Shown in pieces: positions 18,642 to 28,236 of a stretch of 64,000 bases of DNA. The first letter of the stretch is position 1. Each line of letters begins with the position of its first letter. The translations under genes were made by a program, and so were the position numbers. A model generated the notes under the pieces. That model had not been told where the DNA came from and searched no databases. It was given only the letters and a program-made list of their open reading frames with translations. Origin of the DNA: Candidatus Bathyarchaeota archaeon (lineage in GTDB: Archaea > Thermoproteota > Bathyarchaeia > Bathyarchaeales > Bathycorpusculaceae); the NCBI GenBank assembly GCA_963833575.1, contig CAWHXY010000006.1, positions 64,001 through 128,000 of the forward strand, read 5' to 3'.

Positions 18642-20411
18642 ATGGATTACGATGTTATCGCTGAAGCTTACGAGAAAATTGAGGCAACAACGAAACGCTT
18701 AGAAATGACAGATTTACTTGTTGAGTTGCTGAAAAAAACGCCTAAAGACGTCATTGCAAAGGTTGTTTATTTAACTCAGGGCAAATTGTACCCAGATTTC
18801 ATGGGTGTGGAAATGGGCATAGCTGAAAAACTTGCGGTAAAAGCCCTAGCCCGAGCGTCTGGACAAAGCGAAAGCGTTATTCTAACTGAGCTGCAGAAAA
18901 GCGGGGACATCGGCGAAACATCAGAGAAACTTTTGATTAAACGCAAACAATCCACTTTCTTCACAAGAAAGCTCACGGTTGAGCATGTTTATGAGACTCT
19001 TGATAAGATGGCTAAAACCTCCGGTTCAGGCGCTGTAGACACGAAAATGGCGCTTCTCTGTAGCCTATTAACTGATGCGTCGCCTAAAGAGGCAAAATGG
19101 ATTATTCGCACCGTAACAGCCAACCTGCGGCTAGGCATCGCAGACATGACTGTCCTCGATGCATTAGCAATAGCGTATGCCGGTGGAAAAGAGGCTCGCG
19201 AACTCGTCGAACGTGCTTACAGCATTTCTTCTGATCTAGGCAGAGTTGCAGACGTAGTTGTCGAGAAAGGTTTGGAAGGAATTAAAAAGTTTCAAGTCAT
19301 AGTTTTTGAGCCTATAAGACCAATGCTTGCAGAACGGTTAGCTTCGCCAGAGGAGATTTTAGAGAAATTCGGCGGCAAATGCGTAGCTGAATACAAATAC
19401 GATGGCGAACGGGTGCAGGCCCACAAAAAAGACGGCAAAGTGATGCTGTTTTCGAGGCGTTTAGAGAACATTTCCAGCCAATATCCTGACGCAGTTGACT
19501 TAATTAAAGAAAAATTTTCTGCGAAAGAATTGATCTTAGAAGCTGAATGCGTGGCGATGGATTTAGAAACGGGTGATATGCGCCCCTTCCAAGAGTTAAT
19601 GCATCGAAGACGCAAATATGGCATTGAAGACGCCATAGGACAATATCCCATCTCACTATTTCCATTTGACTTACTATATGTTGACGGTAAAGATCTGACT
19701 CTTGAACCTCTGCCTCTACGACGCAAAGCGCTAGAAAAGATAGTGCAGAAAAGTGACCGCGTAACTCCTGCAGTTCAAAAACTGGTTAAGAGTCCAAAGG
19801 AACTTGAGGATTTCTTTGAGGAAGCCATTGCGGAAGGCTGTGAGGGCTTGATGTGCAAATCCGTCGCTAAGGATTCAGTTTACCAGGCGGGAAGTCGAGG
19901 TTGGCTTTGGATAAAATATAAGCGTGATTATAAAAGCGAAATGACTGATACCGTGGATCTTGTGGTTGTTGGAGCGTTCCATGGTAGAGGAAAACGTGTG
20001 GGAGCATATGGGGCTTTACTTTTAGCTACTTACAACGATGAAAAAGACACCTTTGAAACCGTAACTAAATGTGGCACAGGCTTCACAGATAAAGACCTTG
20101 CAACTCTGCACGAAACGCTTCAGAAACACATTATTCCCAAAAAGAACTCCCGTGTCGTATCAATGTTAGAAGCGGATGTTTGGTTTGAACCCAGCTTGGT
20201 GCTTGATATTTTAGGCGCCGAAATCACCCTAAGCCCTATTCACGCATGCGCCATGGATTCCATACGCAAAGGAGCCGGATTGGCGATCCGTTTTCCACGT
20301 TTCACAGGCAAATACCGAACCGACAAAAGCGCAGAAGACGCGACCACTTCAAAAGAAATCGTAGAAATGTACCAAGGACAACTCAAAAAAATTAGCACAG
20401 AATCAGCATGA
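18642..20411 (+). CDS. lig: ATP-dependent DNA ligase
   Basis: EYKYDGERVQAH adenylation motif, EGLMCK, WIKYKRDY and IRFPRF. Confidence 0.97.
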   Translation: MDYDVIAEAYEKIEATTKRLEMTDLLVELLKKTPKDVIAKVVYLTQGKLYPDFMGVEMGIAEKLAVKALARASGQSESVILTELQKSGDIGETSEKLLIKRKQSTFFTRKLTVEHVYETLDKMAKTSGSGAVDTKMALLCSLLTDASPKEAKWIIRTVTANLRLGIADMTVLDALAIAYAGGKEARELVERAYSISSDLGRVADVVVEKGLEGIKKFQVIVFEPIRPMLAERLASPEEILEKFGGKCVAEYKYDGERVQAHKKDGKVMLFSRRLENISSQYPDAVDLIKEKFSAKELILEAECVAMDLETGDMRPFQELMHRRRKYGIEDAIGQYPISLFPFDLLYVDGKDLTLEPLPLRRKALEKIVQKSDRVTPAVQKLVKSPKELEDFFEEAIAEGCEGLMCKSVAKDSVYQAGSRGWLWIKYKRDYKSEMTDTVDLVVVGAFHGRGKRVGAYGALLLATYNDEKDTFETVTKCGTGFTDKDLATLHETLQKHIIPKKNSRVVSMLEADVWFEPSLVLDILGAEITLSPIHACAMDSIRKGAGLAIRFPRFTGKYRTDKSAEDATTSKEIVEMYQGQLKKISTESA

Positions 20412-20476
20412 GATAAAAACATTGAAGACATCGTGACATCATTTAAGCCGAAGCACACGTATTCTCTTTTCTTTAA

Positions 20477-20512
20477 CTATGAGAAAATGTTTTCGTCAGC
20501 AAGAAACTTTAT
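20477..20512 (-). pseudogene. Remnant of DUF5615 PIN-like toxin
   Basis: ATA AAG TTT CTT GCT GAC GAA AAC ATT TTC TCA TAG = (I)KFLADENIFS*, overlapping the DUF433 stop; matches the MKFLADEN start typical of this family. Confidence 0.6.
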
Positions 20513-20742
20513 GGTAATGGATAGACCTTCTCTTCTTTGACCATCTCAGCAGCATGTTTCAGGACTGCCATTATGTCTTCATGCTGTAATTGAGGATAGT
20601 CCTCCAGAATACGTTCAGTAGTCCAACCATCAGCAAGAAGATCCAAAATAAACTCAACTGAAAGCCTAGTCCCTTTAATGACAGGTTTTCCAACTAAAAT
20701 TTTTGGGTCAGCAACAATTCTTTCTTGCCAATCATCCAGCAT
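20509..20742 (-). CDS. DUF433 domain antitoxin-like protein
   Basis: RIVADPKILVGKPVIKGTRLSV...ILEDYPQL..EDI signature. Confidence 0.9.
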   Translation of the reverse strand: MLDDWQERIVADPKILVGKPVIKGTRLSVEFILDLLADGWTTERILEDYPQLQHEDIMAVLKHAAEMVKEEKVYPLP

Positions 20743-20883
20743 AGTTTTTTCAACCCGCCTCAACTTAAAACATGCAAGAATATTAAAACTTGTGTTTATT
20801 CATGGCTAAACTACTAGAAAAATCCGTTTCCTGTTTGGAAAAGCTAAAACTGATAAGCATCAACCGCTAAAATAAAGGCAGGC

Positions 20884-21501
20884 GTGAATGCTTTGGCTCA
20901 AGATACAGAAAAAATGAAATCTCTCATCGCTTTCAAAAAGCGAATGGAAGATCAACTGGAAAAATTATGCGCGGAAACTAAAGAGGTGCAGGCTGCGTTA
21001 GACACGGTTAACGGTATTTTACTTGACAAAGGCTTCAAGCGTGGAGACATCAAAGAAGTTCCTGAAGTAATTGTGGTCAAAGATGTTGTTTTGCCAAAGC
21101 AAGAGCCAGAAGCACCAAAACATGTTACTCAACCTATGCCTGAACCAGAAAGCGTCATACCTCTCAAAACCATGGCGGATGAACCCTTAGCATTAATTTA
21201 TTTTGAGAAACAGGCTATCCATGTTTTACCTGATGAAAGCAAAAACTTTACCGTCAACACGCCACCTTTTACTAATTTTCTTGTTGAAAAGGTATTGAAC
21301 AAAATGCAGGAAAAAGATGCTGAACTTGTTAGAGCAAAACAGTTAGCAGCTGATAAAATGTTCGCATACAACGTTATACGCGAAGGTGACTTGATAAGAG
21401 AAATAATAATTAAAAATGTTGATGAAGAACGGCTTAAAGAACTGAAATCGAGCATCCGCTGGACTTTTGAGAAAATGTATGAAAAAATGAAAGGCGCATA
21501 G
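20884..21501 (+). CDS. Hypothetical protein with N-terminal coiled coil
   Basis: Intact 205-aa ORF; C-terminal RLKELKSSIRWTFEKM. Confidence 0.8.
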   Translation: MNALAQDTEKMKSLIAFKKRMEDQLEKLCAETKEVQAALDTVNGILLDKGFKRGDIKEVPEVIVVKDVVLPKQEPEAPKHVTQPMPEPESVIPLKTMADEPLALIYFEKQAIHVLPDESKNFTVNTPPFTNFLVEKVLNKMQEKDAELVRAKQLAADKMFAYNVIREGDLIREIIIKNVDEERLKELKSSIRWTFEKMYEKMKGA

Positions 21502-21828
21502 CTACATTAAATGTTTCTGTATGGTATCAGCGATTTTGTTTTTTGCGCATAATCCTACGAGTCTTTCTGCTTCAGAACCATCTTTGAAGACTATCATTGT
21601 TGGGATGCTGAAAACTTGGAAGCGTTCAGCCGTTTTTGGGTTTTCGTCAACGTCAAGTTTGCCAATTAAGACTTTGCCGCTGTACTCTTTCGCCAATTCA
21701 ACAATTGTTGGCGCTAAAGCCCTGCAGGGTCCACACCAATTTGCCCAAAAATCAACGAAAACCAACTTGTTTTTCTTAACCGTATCTTCAAAATTTGCGT
21801 CTGTTACATGAAAAGGTTCAGCACTCAT
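21502..21828 (-). CDS. trxA: Thioredoxin
   Basis: DFWANWCGPC active site and SIPT. Confidence 0.96.
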   Translation of the reverse strand: MSAEPFHVTDANFEDTVKKNKLVFVDFWANWCGPCRALAPTIVELAKEYSGKVLIGKLDVDENPKTAERFQVFSIPTMIVFKDGSEAERLVGLCAKNKIADTIQKHLM

Positions 21829-21981
21829 GAATAATTTCTCCAAATAAGTGATATTAAGTTAAAGATTTGTTTGATATAAAGTTTCTCAGGCAAAAAACGC
21901 CCGTAGGTAGCTTGTTTATGAAGTGGCTTGTTTGCTCCCTTCATGCAGCTGTTTTTTCTTTGCGCTTGCGGGTTTCAGAAA

Positions 21982-22413
21982 TTATCTGCAGGGTTTCATT
22001 TTTTCCAATAAAGCCTTGAAAATTGAATAGGCATCTTTGGGGTCAGATATGCCCTCAGCTGCCTTTTCAAACGGACACATATTGGTTTTAGTTAAATCTA
22101 AAACGTTATCCACTAGCTGCTTCCACTGGCAAGCTACATTATTTTCTTCGAAAAGGGCTTGGGCTTTCTTGCTTAGAACATCTGCGTATACCTCATTTAT
22201 CTCAGCGTAAACGCATAAGAGCGCCAAGGCTTTTCCAGCTACTCGATCCGCCACTGAAGCACCATTCAGTTGAGTGCCTAATGTGTCAATTGCATATATG
22301 AAACCAGAGATTCTGTGAGAATCGGTTTGAAATATTATTTGACCGTTTTTAGCTATGGCAAGAGTTAATTCTTTGTCATTTAGTTGTTTTTTTGCTATTT
22401 CAAGGTCCTGCAT
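21982..22413 (-). CDS. DUF1893 (TM1506-like) protein
   Basis: ADRVAGKALA and MCPFEK motifs. Confidence 0.85.
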   Translation of the reverse strand: MQDLEIAKKQLNDKELTLAIAKNGQIIFQTDSHRISGFIYAIDTLGTQLNGASVADRVAGKALALLCVYAEINEVYADVLSKKAQALFEENNVACQWKQLVDNVLDLTKTNMCPFEKAAEGISDPKDAYSIFKALLEKMKPCR

Positions 22414-22476
22414 GATTCTTCATTAAATTCAACGCTGGGACGCTAAAAACATTATTGGTTTAGCACCAAATATCCA

Positions 22477-22929
22477 CTATTCAATATTAATTGCGAAGAG
22501 TTTGTTCTCAGACAGCCCCGCTATCCCCCAAGCATGCGCCTCATCCAGCTGATTTTGTAAATGCCATTGTTTCAATTGTTCGCTGAATTGCTTTGTGAGT
22601 TTTATTTTGACTATCTTTGAGTCATTTTCTTTTGTGAAAGTTGCTTGAATGGATTTTGCGTTTTTGATGCTGAGTCTTTGGTTGCCGATGGTGCATGTTG
22701 TAGAAACTTGAATGCCGTCAAGCAAGCAGGAGAACGGAGGATAAAGTGGAACCGCTACCTCCGCTCTAAGGTGCGTTGATTCTATTTCAGAAATGTTCAG
22801 AGCTTTTTTAGCCGCAGCACCCATTTTTAAACCGATAACTAAGTACGGTCCTATGTGTCCGTGAAGTTTGCGAGCGAATTCTATTGTTGCTTTGAGGTCA
22901 TTTGATTCTGTCATTTTCTTCGGCTTCAA
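22477..22929 (-). CDS. FmdE family protein
   Basis: LHGHIGPYLVIGLKMG and SCLLDGIQVSTTCTIGN. Confidence 0.9.
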   Translation of the reverse strand: MKPKKMTESNDLKATIEFARKLHGHIGPYLVIGLKMGAAAKKALNISEIESTHLRAEVAVPLYPPFSCLLDGIQVSTTCTIGNQRLSIKNAKSIQATFTKENDSKIVKIKLTKQFSEQLKQWHLQNQLDEAHAWGIAGLSENKLFAINIE

Positions 22930-22930
22930 G

Positions 22931-24007
22931 TTAAGCGCTGGTGTCTATTTTAGGTTGTTGGTTTTGATTAAATGGGTCCAGTTTATTGTATTTTTTGTAA
23001 TTCCAGTATCCGAAAGAAGCCAGCCACGATATTATGAAAATGCCAATTATTCCGAAACCAATCATTTCAAAATTGAGAGCCTGTAGCCAACTCCAGAACA
23101 ACCCGGTAAGGTTCAGTTCGCTTGAAAGCACTTGCAACAGCTCTATAGTGCCGATTGCCCATGCAACAAGCACGGATATGACTGTGACGGTGAGGTTATA
23201 GTATATCTTTCGCACAGGGTTAAGGAAAGCCCAGCCGTAAGCTACTCGCATAGCAACCCCATCTGCAGTGTCAACAGTAACCATGCCACAAGTGAATAAT
23301 AAAGGAAGAACAAGAACATAATAAAGAGGAATGCTAGTGGAAACGCCAATACCTACACTAATAGCGATCAAGGCAATTTCGCTTGCAGTGTCAAATCCCA
23401 AACCAAAGAGCACACCAACCGGGTAGATATGCCAAGGTTTGTTTATGACTTTGAAGAGTGGGCGGAAGAAGTGGTTCATAAATCCACGATTTTCGAGAAG
23501 ATGATCTAGTTCACCTTGATTTAATTTGCCCTGCTTTAAAGTTTGGAAAATCTTGTACAAGCCAATAACTATCACGGCGTTTATGAACCCAATTATCCAA
23601 AGAAAGCTTCCTGAAACAAGAGTACCTACTACGGCACCGGCACTTTGCAGAGCAGGAATATTTGTCGCAACTGCGCGTGTTGCAAAGATTAAGCCGACAA
23701 TGAGGGCAACCACAACTGTGGAGTGCCCAAGAGAGAACCACAATCCAACGGTATAGGGACGCTTGCCTTCCTGCATTAGCTTTCTTGTCGTGTTATCGAT
23801 GGCTGCTATATGGTCAGCATCCACACCGTGGCGTAAACCAAAAACGTAAGCGACTATGCCCAAACCGCCTAATACAACGGCGATTTTTCCTATGATAAAG
23901 GCTGCGGAGAAACCGACTGCAGTGACGATTATGAGTGTTGTGAAGATGATGGCGATTTGTATTTTTTCGTTGCGTGAAAGACTGAAGGCACCAGGTTTTG
24001 CCGTCAT
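22931..24007 (-). CDS. HoxN/HupN/NixA (NiCoT) nickel/cobalt permease
   Basis: GLRHGVDADHIAAID, FSLGHS and LFGLGFDTA. The start is placed at the ATG at 24007, just downstream of the operator. Confidence 0.94.
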   Translation of the reverse strand: MTAKPGAFSLSRNEKIQIAIIFTTLIIVTAVGFSAAFIIGKIAVVLGGLGIVAYVFGLRHGVDADHIAAIDNTTRKLMQEGKRPYTVGLWFSLGHSTVVVALIVGLIFATRAVATNIPALQSAGAVVGTLVSGSFLWIIGFINAVIVIGLYKIFQTLKQGKLNQGELDHLLENRGFMNHFFRPLFKVINKPWHIYPVGVLFGLGFDTASEIALIAISVGIGVSTSIPLYYVLVLPLLFTCGMVTVDTADGVAMRVAYGWAFLNPVRKIYYNLTVTVISVLVAWAIGTIELLQVLSSELNLTGLFWSWLQALNFEMIGFGIIGIFIISWLASFGYWNYKKYNKLDPFNQNQQPKIDTSA

Positions 24008-24009
24008 GC

Positions 24010-24037
24010 GTAACACTCTTTTTGGTTTTAGTGTTAC
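24010..24037. promoter_or_regulatory. Putative NikR operator GTAACA-N16-TGTTAC
   Basis: Perfect 8-bp inverted repeat GTAACACT/AGTGTTAC between a minus-strand TATA (24043-24050) and the NiCoT start. It has the same 6-16-6 geometry as the E. coli NikR site. Confidence 0.8.
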
Positions 24038-24088
24038 TAAGGATATAAAAGCTTTTAGGCACAACACTCATTTTTTACTTGATCATAA

Positions 24089-24496
24089 ATGTCAAAAATC
24101 GTTCGAGTAGGCATAACGTTCCCACCTGAACTCCTCAAAGACTTTGACGAAATAACAGGCAAAATGGGCTACGAAAGCCGCAGCAAAGCCATACAAGACG
24201 CCGTGACACTTTTTGTTTCCGAGCGAAAATGGATCAAACAAGAAAACACCATCCAAACAGGCGTAATTCTAATGGTTTACGACCATGACGCAAAGGGACT
24301 GGAAAGCGAACTAACAGAAACTCAGCACGAACACTCCTCAATCATCACCTCAACCCTCCACATCCACATAAGCGAACGAGACTGCCTAGAAGCCATAGCT
24401 GTTAAGGGCAAAGCCTCAGAAATACATCATTTAAGCGACGAACTTACAACCAGAAAAGGAGTAAAAATCGTCAAAACCACAATCGTGACCGTTTAA
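24089..24496 (+). CDS. nikR: Nickel-responsive regulator NikR
   Basis: RHH N-terminus (RVGITFPPELLKDFD, SRSKAI) and Ni ligands QH...HIH...C. Confidence 0.95.
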   Translation: MSKIVRVGITFPPELLKDFDEITGKMGYESRSKAIQDAVTLFVSERKWIKQENTIQTGVILMVYDHDAKGLESELTETQHEHSSIITSTLHIHISERDCLEAIAVKGKASEIHHLSDELTTRKGVKIVKTTIVTV

Positions 24497-25398
24497 ACCT
24501 CAAACATTCGTTCTAATGAGGCGCGAGCCTTCTTCGCAACTGCTTCAGGAACTTTAACAACATTCTTTTCTTCTTTTAGCGCAGTATAGAGTCTATCAAG
24601 CGTCGTGAGCTTCATATTTGGGCATATTGCCCCTTCGTAAGCTAAGTAGAAGTTTTTATCTGGGTTCTCTTTGCGTAAGCGGTGTAGGATGCCTTCTTCA
24701 GTGCCAACTATGAAGTTTTTAGCGTCAGATTCTTTGGCAAAGCGGCACATTTTTGATGTGCTGCCCACGTAGTCAGCTACTTTTCGCATTTCGGTGCTGC
24801 ATTCAGGATGAACCATGACTGTAGCGTCAGGATGCTCCATTTTTAGGACCATTACGTCTTCGGGCTGGAAAAGCAGGTGTGTTGGGCAGAACCCGTTTTC
24901 AGGAATTGGAATTAGTGTTTTGCCTGTTTTTGCGCTAACATATTCTGCAAGGTTCTTGTCTGGACCAAACAGGATAGTTTCTGCATCAAGAGAATTGATT
25001 ACCTCTACAGCGTTTGCGCTTGTACAACAAACGTCACAGTGGGCTTTGCATGAAGCCAAGGTGTTAACGTACAAAACTACTGGAGCGCCTGGGTACTGGG
25101 CTTTAGCCCGTTTTATTTCGTCAACCGTGAGCATCTGAGCCATGGGGCATCTTGCGCCTAAGCATGGCAAAAGCACCTTTTTGTCTGGGTTGAGTATTGC
25201 GGCTGATTCAGCCATGAAATCTACCGCTGAAAACACGATTATCTCAGCGTCTTTTTCCTGTGCTGCTTTGCGGCTTAGCTCTATGCTATCGCCGACGTAG
25301 TCAGCTATGTCCTGGATTTCTGACCGCTGGTAATTATGAGCTAAGATTAAGGCTTTTTTTTCTTTTTTGAGTCTGAGAATTTTTTGGGCTAAATCCAT
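24493..25398 (-). CDS. nadA: Quinolinate synthase
   Basis: LAHNYQ, CPMA, YVNT, CTSAN, CPTH, HPEC and CPNMK motifs. Confidence 0.96.
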   Translation of the reverse strand: MDLAQKILRLKKEKKALILAHNYQRSEIQDIADYVGDSIELSRKAAQEKDAEIIVFSAVDFMAESAAILNPDKKVLLPCLGARCPMAQMLTVDEIKRAKAQYPGAPVVLYVNTLASCKAHCDVCCTSANAVEVINSLDAETILFGPDKNLAEYVSAKTGKTLIPIPENGFCPTHLLFQPEDVMVLKMEHPDATVMVHPECSTEMRKVADYVGSTSKMCRFAKESDAKNFIVGTEEGILHRLRKENPDKNFYLAYEGAICPNMKLTTLDRLYTALKEEKNVVKVPEAVAKKARASLERMFEV

Positions 25399-25532
25399 AT
25401 TTTCGCCAAGTACGCCTTAAGTTGAAAATTAAAGAGGACAAGTCAAGAGATATATGCTTTTACCCTAATACGTAAAGTTTCACCCTTAAGAATGGGAAAT
25501 ATAAAGGCGAGAAGCATATCTTTGGCGCTAAC

Positions 25533-27224
25533 TTAACCAGTGAAGTTTAAGATCAGGATTCTTCGCGGGTTGGTGCCAAATGTTGCTTGGTTTGAAATTC
25601 CTGAGAAGTTGCCTGAAGCGTATATTTGCTCGTAGATTTGTTGCAGGTTCAATGTTGTGTTGAAGTAAGTTGCGGTGCCTCCGTTTTCGTAGGTGAAAAC
25701 GAATTTTACGTTGTCTTGTTTGCATAAGTCAATGAATTCAGTTATGTTGAAGGTTGGCGTGTAGGTATCGACTGGCAGTTGGGGGTATTGGTAGGTGTGG
25801 ATTTGCGTTTGGTCGTTTGCTAAGAGGTAGAAGTTTACCATGTCTTGGCTGAAAAAGTTGAAGGGGCAAAGAACCATTATTGACTGGTTCGCGGTGTCGT
25901 GGGTGATTGCATAATTGGTTGCGTCTTGGATGTGAATTTGAATATTAAAGTTTGAAACGATAGTGTAGTTATCATTTATGCTGATAGCCATTGCAATTCC
26001 CAAAAATACTATAAACAGTCCCGCAGCAACTTTAGTGGCTCGCTTCTTGTTTAGGCTTGCGTGCCCCTTCCAAGTGCTTTGAGCCTTACCATAAACAAAT
26101 AAGATTAGGACTGAAGCTGAGATTGCCAACGTTGGAAACAATGTAAGGACATAACGCCATTCTCTATTCCCTATTAGAGTGAAGAAAATTAGAACGCTTG
26201 CAAACCAGACAAAAAGAAACTTATCTTCTTTTTTGCGTCTCCACGCAAACAAGCCCAAACCAATTAGACCAACAATGTAGAGCAGAAGCGAAATAGGATG
26301 AATATTATAGTATGGCCAAGTCATTTCAACTAAATAAAATATTGGAAACGGAAGACGGGTGCTGTAAAGTGATCGTCCAGGATTGCCCATCTGTATAGCG
26401 TAGAACCATTGAGTTAAAAAATGAGAAGCATAAACATCATAAACGATGACAACCCACGGAACAACAACAATTACGGCAGTAACTATCAAAAGCGTAAACC
26501 TAGAAAATAATCGTTTAAGCCGACCCCTCCCTAAAAAGACTAAGCTAACGATCATTACTGCTCCAGCGACAAGAACTTGATACTTTGTAAGAAAACCTAA
26601 GCCCAAGGCTAATCCGCTTAAAACCAGCATCTTGTTCTGATAACTATTAAGCCAACGGTAAAAGAAAAACAATGATAACGTAAAGAAGAAAACAAGCATA
26701 ACTTCAAGCAGTGCCATCCTTGATAACCAAAAATAACCTGGCATAACCGCCAAAAGCACAGCTGAAAGCAACGCTATTTTTCCGCCATACATACTGTAGG
26801 CGAGTTCAAACACTACCCAAAGTGTAAGAACAGAAAAAACCGCGGACACCAACCGTGCAGAAACTAAGCTTACGCCAAAAACATTAAAGAAACCAAAAGT
26901 GACGGAGTCGAAGAGCGGCGGATAAAATGAGTTGTTAACAAAATTTGTGTATAATCCATGTTTTAGAAACAAGGCACCGTTGAGATGTACGATTTCATCC
27001 CAGTTCATGGGCATGTTAGAAAGATTTAGCACAAGCAAAACTAGGTAAGATAAAGCCAAAATCAAAAAGGCTAAGCGCCACTTGTTTAAAGTTGCCTTTA
27101 ACTGCTCTAAATGAGATATCGAATTTGATTCATCAATCATAGTTGCCAGCGCGACAAAGCCAATTGTCCAAACTATGGAGAAGAGCAGATATAAAATCTT
27201 CCCATACAGCTCTTTTTCTTTCAA
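25533..27224 (-). CDS. ArnT/PMT-type (GT-C) membrane glycosyltransferase
   Basis: WDE, YPPLF, LTKY and RYV motifs with multiple TM helices. Confidence 0.87.
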   Translation of the reverse strand: MKEKELYGKILYLLFSIVWTIGFVALATMIDESNSISHLEQLKATLNKWRLAFLILALSYLVLLVLNLSNMPMNWDEIVHLNGALFLKHGLYTNFVNNSFYPPLFDSVTFGFFNVFGVSLVSARLVSAVFSVLTLWVVFELAYSMYGGKIALLSAVLLAVMPGYFWLSRMALLEVMLVFFFTLSLFFFYRWLNSYQNKMLVLSGLALGLGFLTKYQVLVAGAVMIVSLVFLGRGRLKRLFSRFTLLIVTAVIVVVPWVVIVYDVYASHFLTQWFYAIQMGNPGRSLYSTRLPFPIFYLVEMTWPYYNIHPISLLLYIVGLIGLGLFAWRRKKEDKFLFVWFASVLIFFTLIGNREWRYVLTLFPTLAISASVLILFVYGKAQSTWKGHASLNKKRATKVAAGLFIVFLGIAMAISINDNYTIVSNFNIQIHIQDATNYAITHDTANQSIMVLCPFNFFSQDMVNFYLLANDQTQIHTYQYPQLPVDTYTPTFNITEFIDLCKQDNVKFVFTYENGGTATYFNTTLNLQQIYEQIYASGNFSGISNQATFGTNPRRILILNFTG

Positions 27225-27256
27225 GATCTCTCAAGAGATTAAGAAAAAGGGGTTAT

Positions 27257-28126
27257 TTAGTCCATTCCATTTTTTCTTTCTTTTGTTTTTATCTTTTGGG
27301 CTTTTTGCCATAATAAGTCAAAATAGTTTTGTGATAGATCAACTATGCTTCTGTTGTTTGACCATAAGGTTGGGTATGGAAAAGGCGTATCAATCACAGA
27401 AGTACTAAGTAGCATTTCTTTCCGATCCCATACACTAAAACCTACTGTGGGAGACTGCTGAGTTAGTTTTAGGGCAAAATTTGGGTATTTCATTAGCATT
27501 TCAATTGGTTCTCCCAAATGTTCGTTCCCCTCTGGTTTTGGCATGATTATTCTAAAAGCTACTTTTCTGGCAAGTGCCTCTTCCAAAATAAGTGAGTAAT
27601 TTGAGACCCAAGCAATCAATCTCTTTCGTAATGCCAGAAAGCAAATTATTTTCTTGGCATTTATGACCATTTTTTCAGCTTTGACGTAAACAGCTTCTCT
27701 GTTTTTGATAAGCAAGAACTGAAATTCTTCAGAAAGCTCCTCGTTTTCACTGTTTCGTTGGAAGTTTTGAGTTAAAAAGTATGCTTTCTGTTGAAGTTCC
27801 GCGGTTTTCGCTATTCTTATTTGCATTAGATTGGAAACGCACTTTTCTATGGATATTGCATGGAACTGTTCGGGCTTTGATATTGTTTTCTCAACGAGTC
27901 CGGCCTCCTCTAACTGGATCAGCACTCTATAAACATCCGGTCTGGCAACTCCTGAAACTAAAGATATTTCCTGTGCTTTTAGATTGCGAGATTTTACTAG
28001 TGACAGGTAGACTTTTGCCTGTGAAGTAGTCAAACCAAGTTCTGATAATGTGGAAACATTATCGTCCAAACGTTTCACATTAGTTCCTCGGAATGCGACA
28101 ATTACATATAGGATTTTTTTATTCAT
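27257..28126 (-). CDS. TrmB family transcriptional regulator
   Basis: LGLTTSQAKVYLSL...VARPDVYRVL..LEEAGLV HTH plus a C-terminal effector domain (YFDLLW). The true start may be further downstream. Confidence 0.9.
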   Translation of the reverse strand: MNKKILYVIVAFRGTNVKRLDDNVSTLSELGLTTSQAKVYLSLVKSRNLKAQEISLVSGVARPDVYRVLIQLEEAGLVEKTISKPEQFHAISIEKCVSNLMQIRIAKTAELQQKAYFLTQNFQRNSENEELSEEFQFLLIKNREAVYVKAEKMVINAKKIICFLALRKRLIAWVSNYSLILEEALARKVAFRIIMPKPEGNEHLGEPIEMLMKYPNFALKLTQQSPTVGFSVWDRKEMLLSTSVIDTPFPYPTLWSNNRSIVDLSQNYFDLLWQKAQKIKTKERKNGMD

Positions 28127-28136
28127 AAATTTATTG

Positions 28137-28214
28137 TTGTAAGTGTCTGCTCAACTTACAAGCTGTTAAATTCAGAATAAATCATACACAGTTAAACGTG
28201 CACAGTAATGTGCA
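28137..28214. promoter_or_regulatory. Two palindromes in the divergent trmB / surface-protein promoter
   Basis: TTGTAAG-N11-CTTACAA (28137-28161) and TGCACA-N4-TGTGCA (28199-28214). Confidence 0.45.
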
Positions 28215-28236
28215 TTATTCTTAGGAGAAAAGAAAA

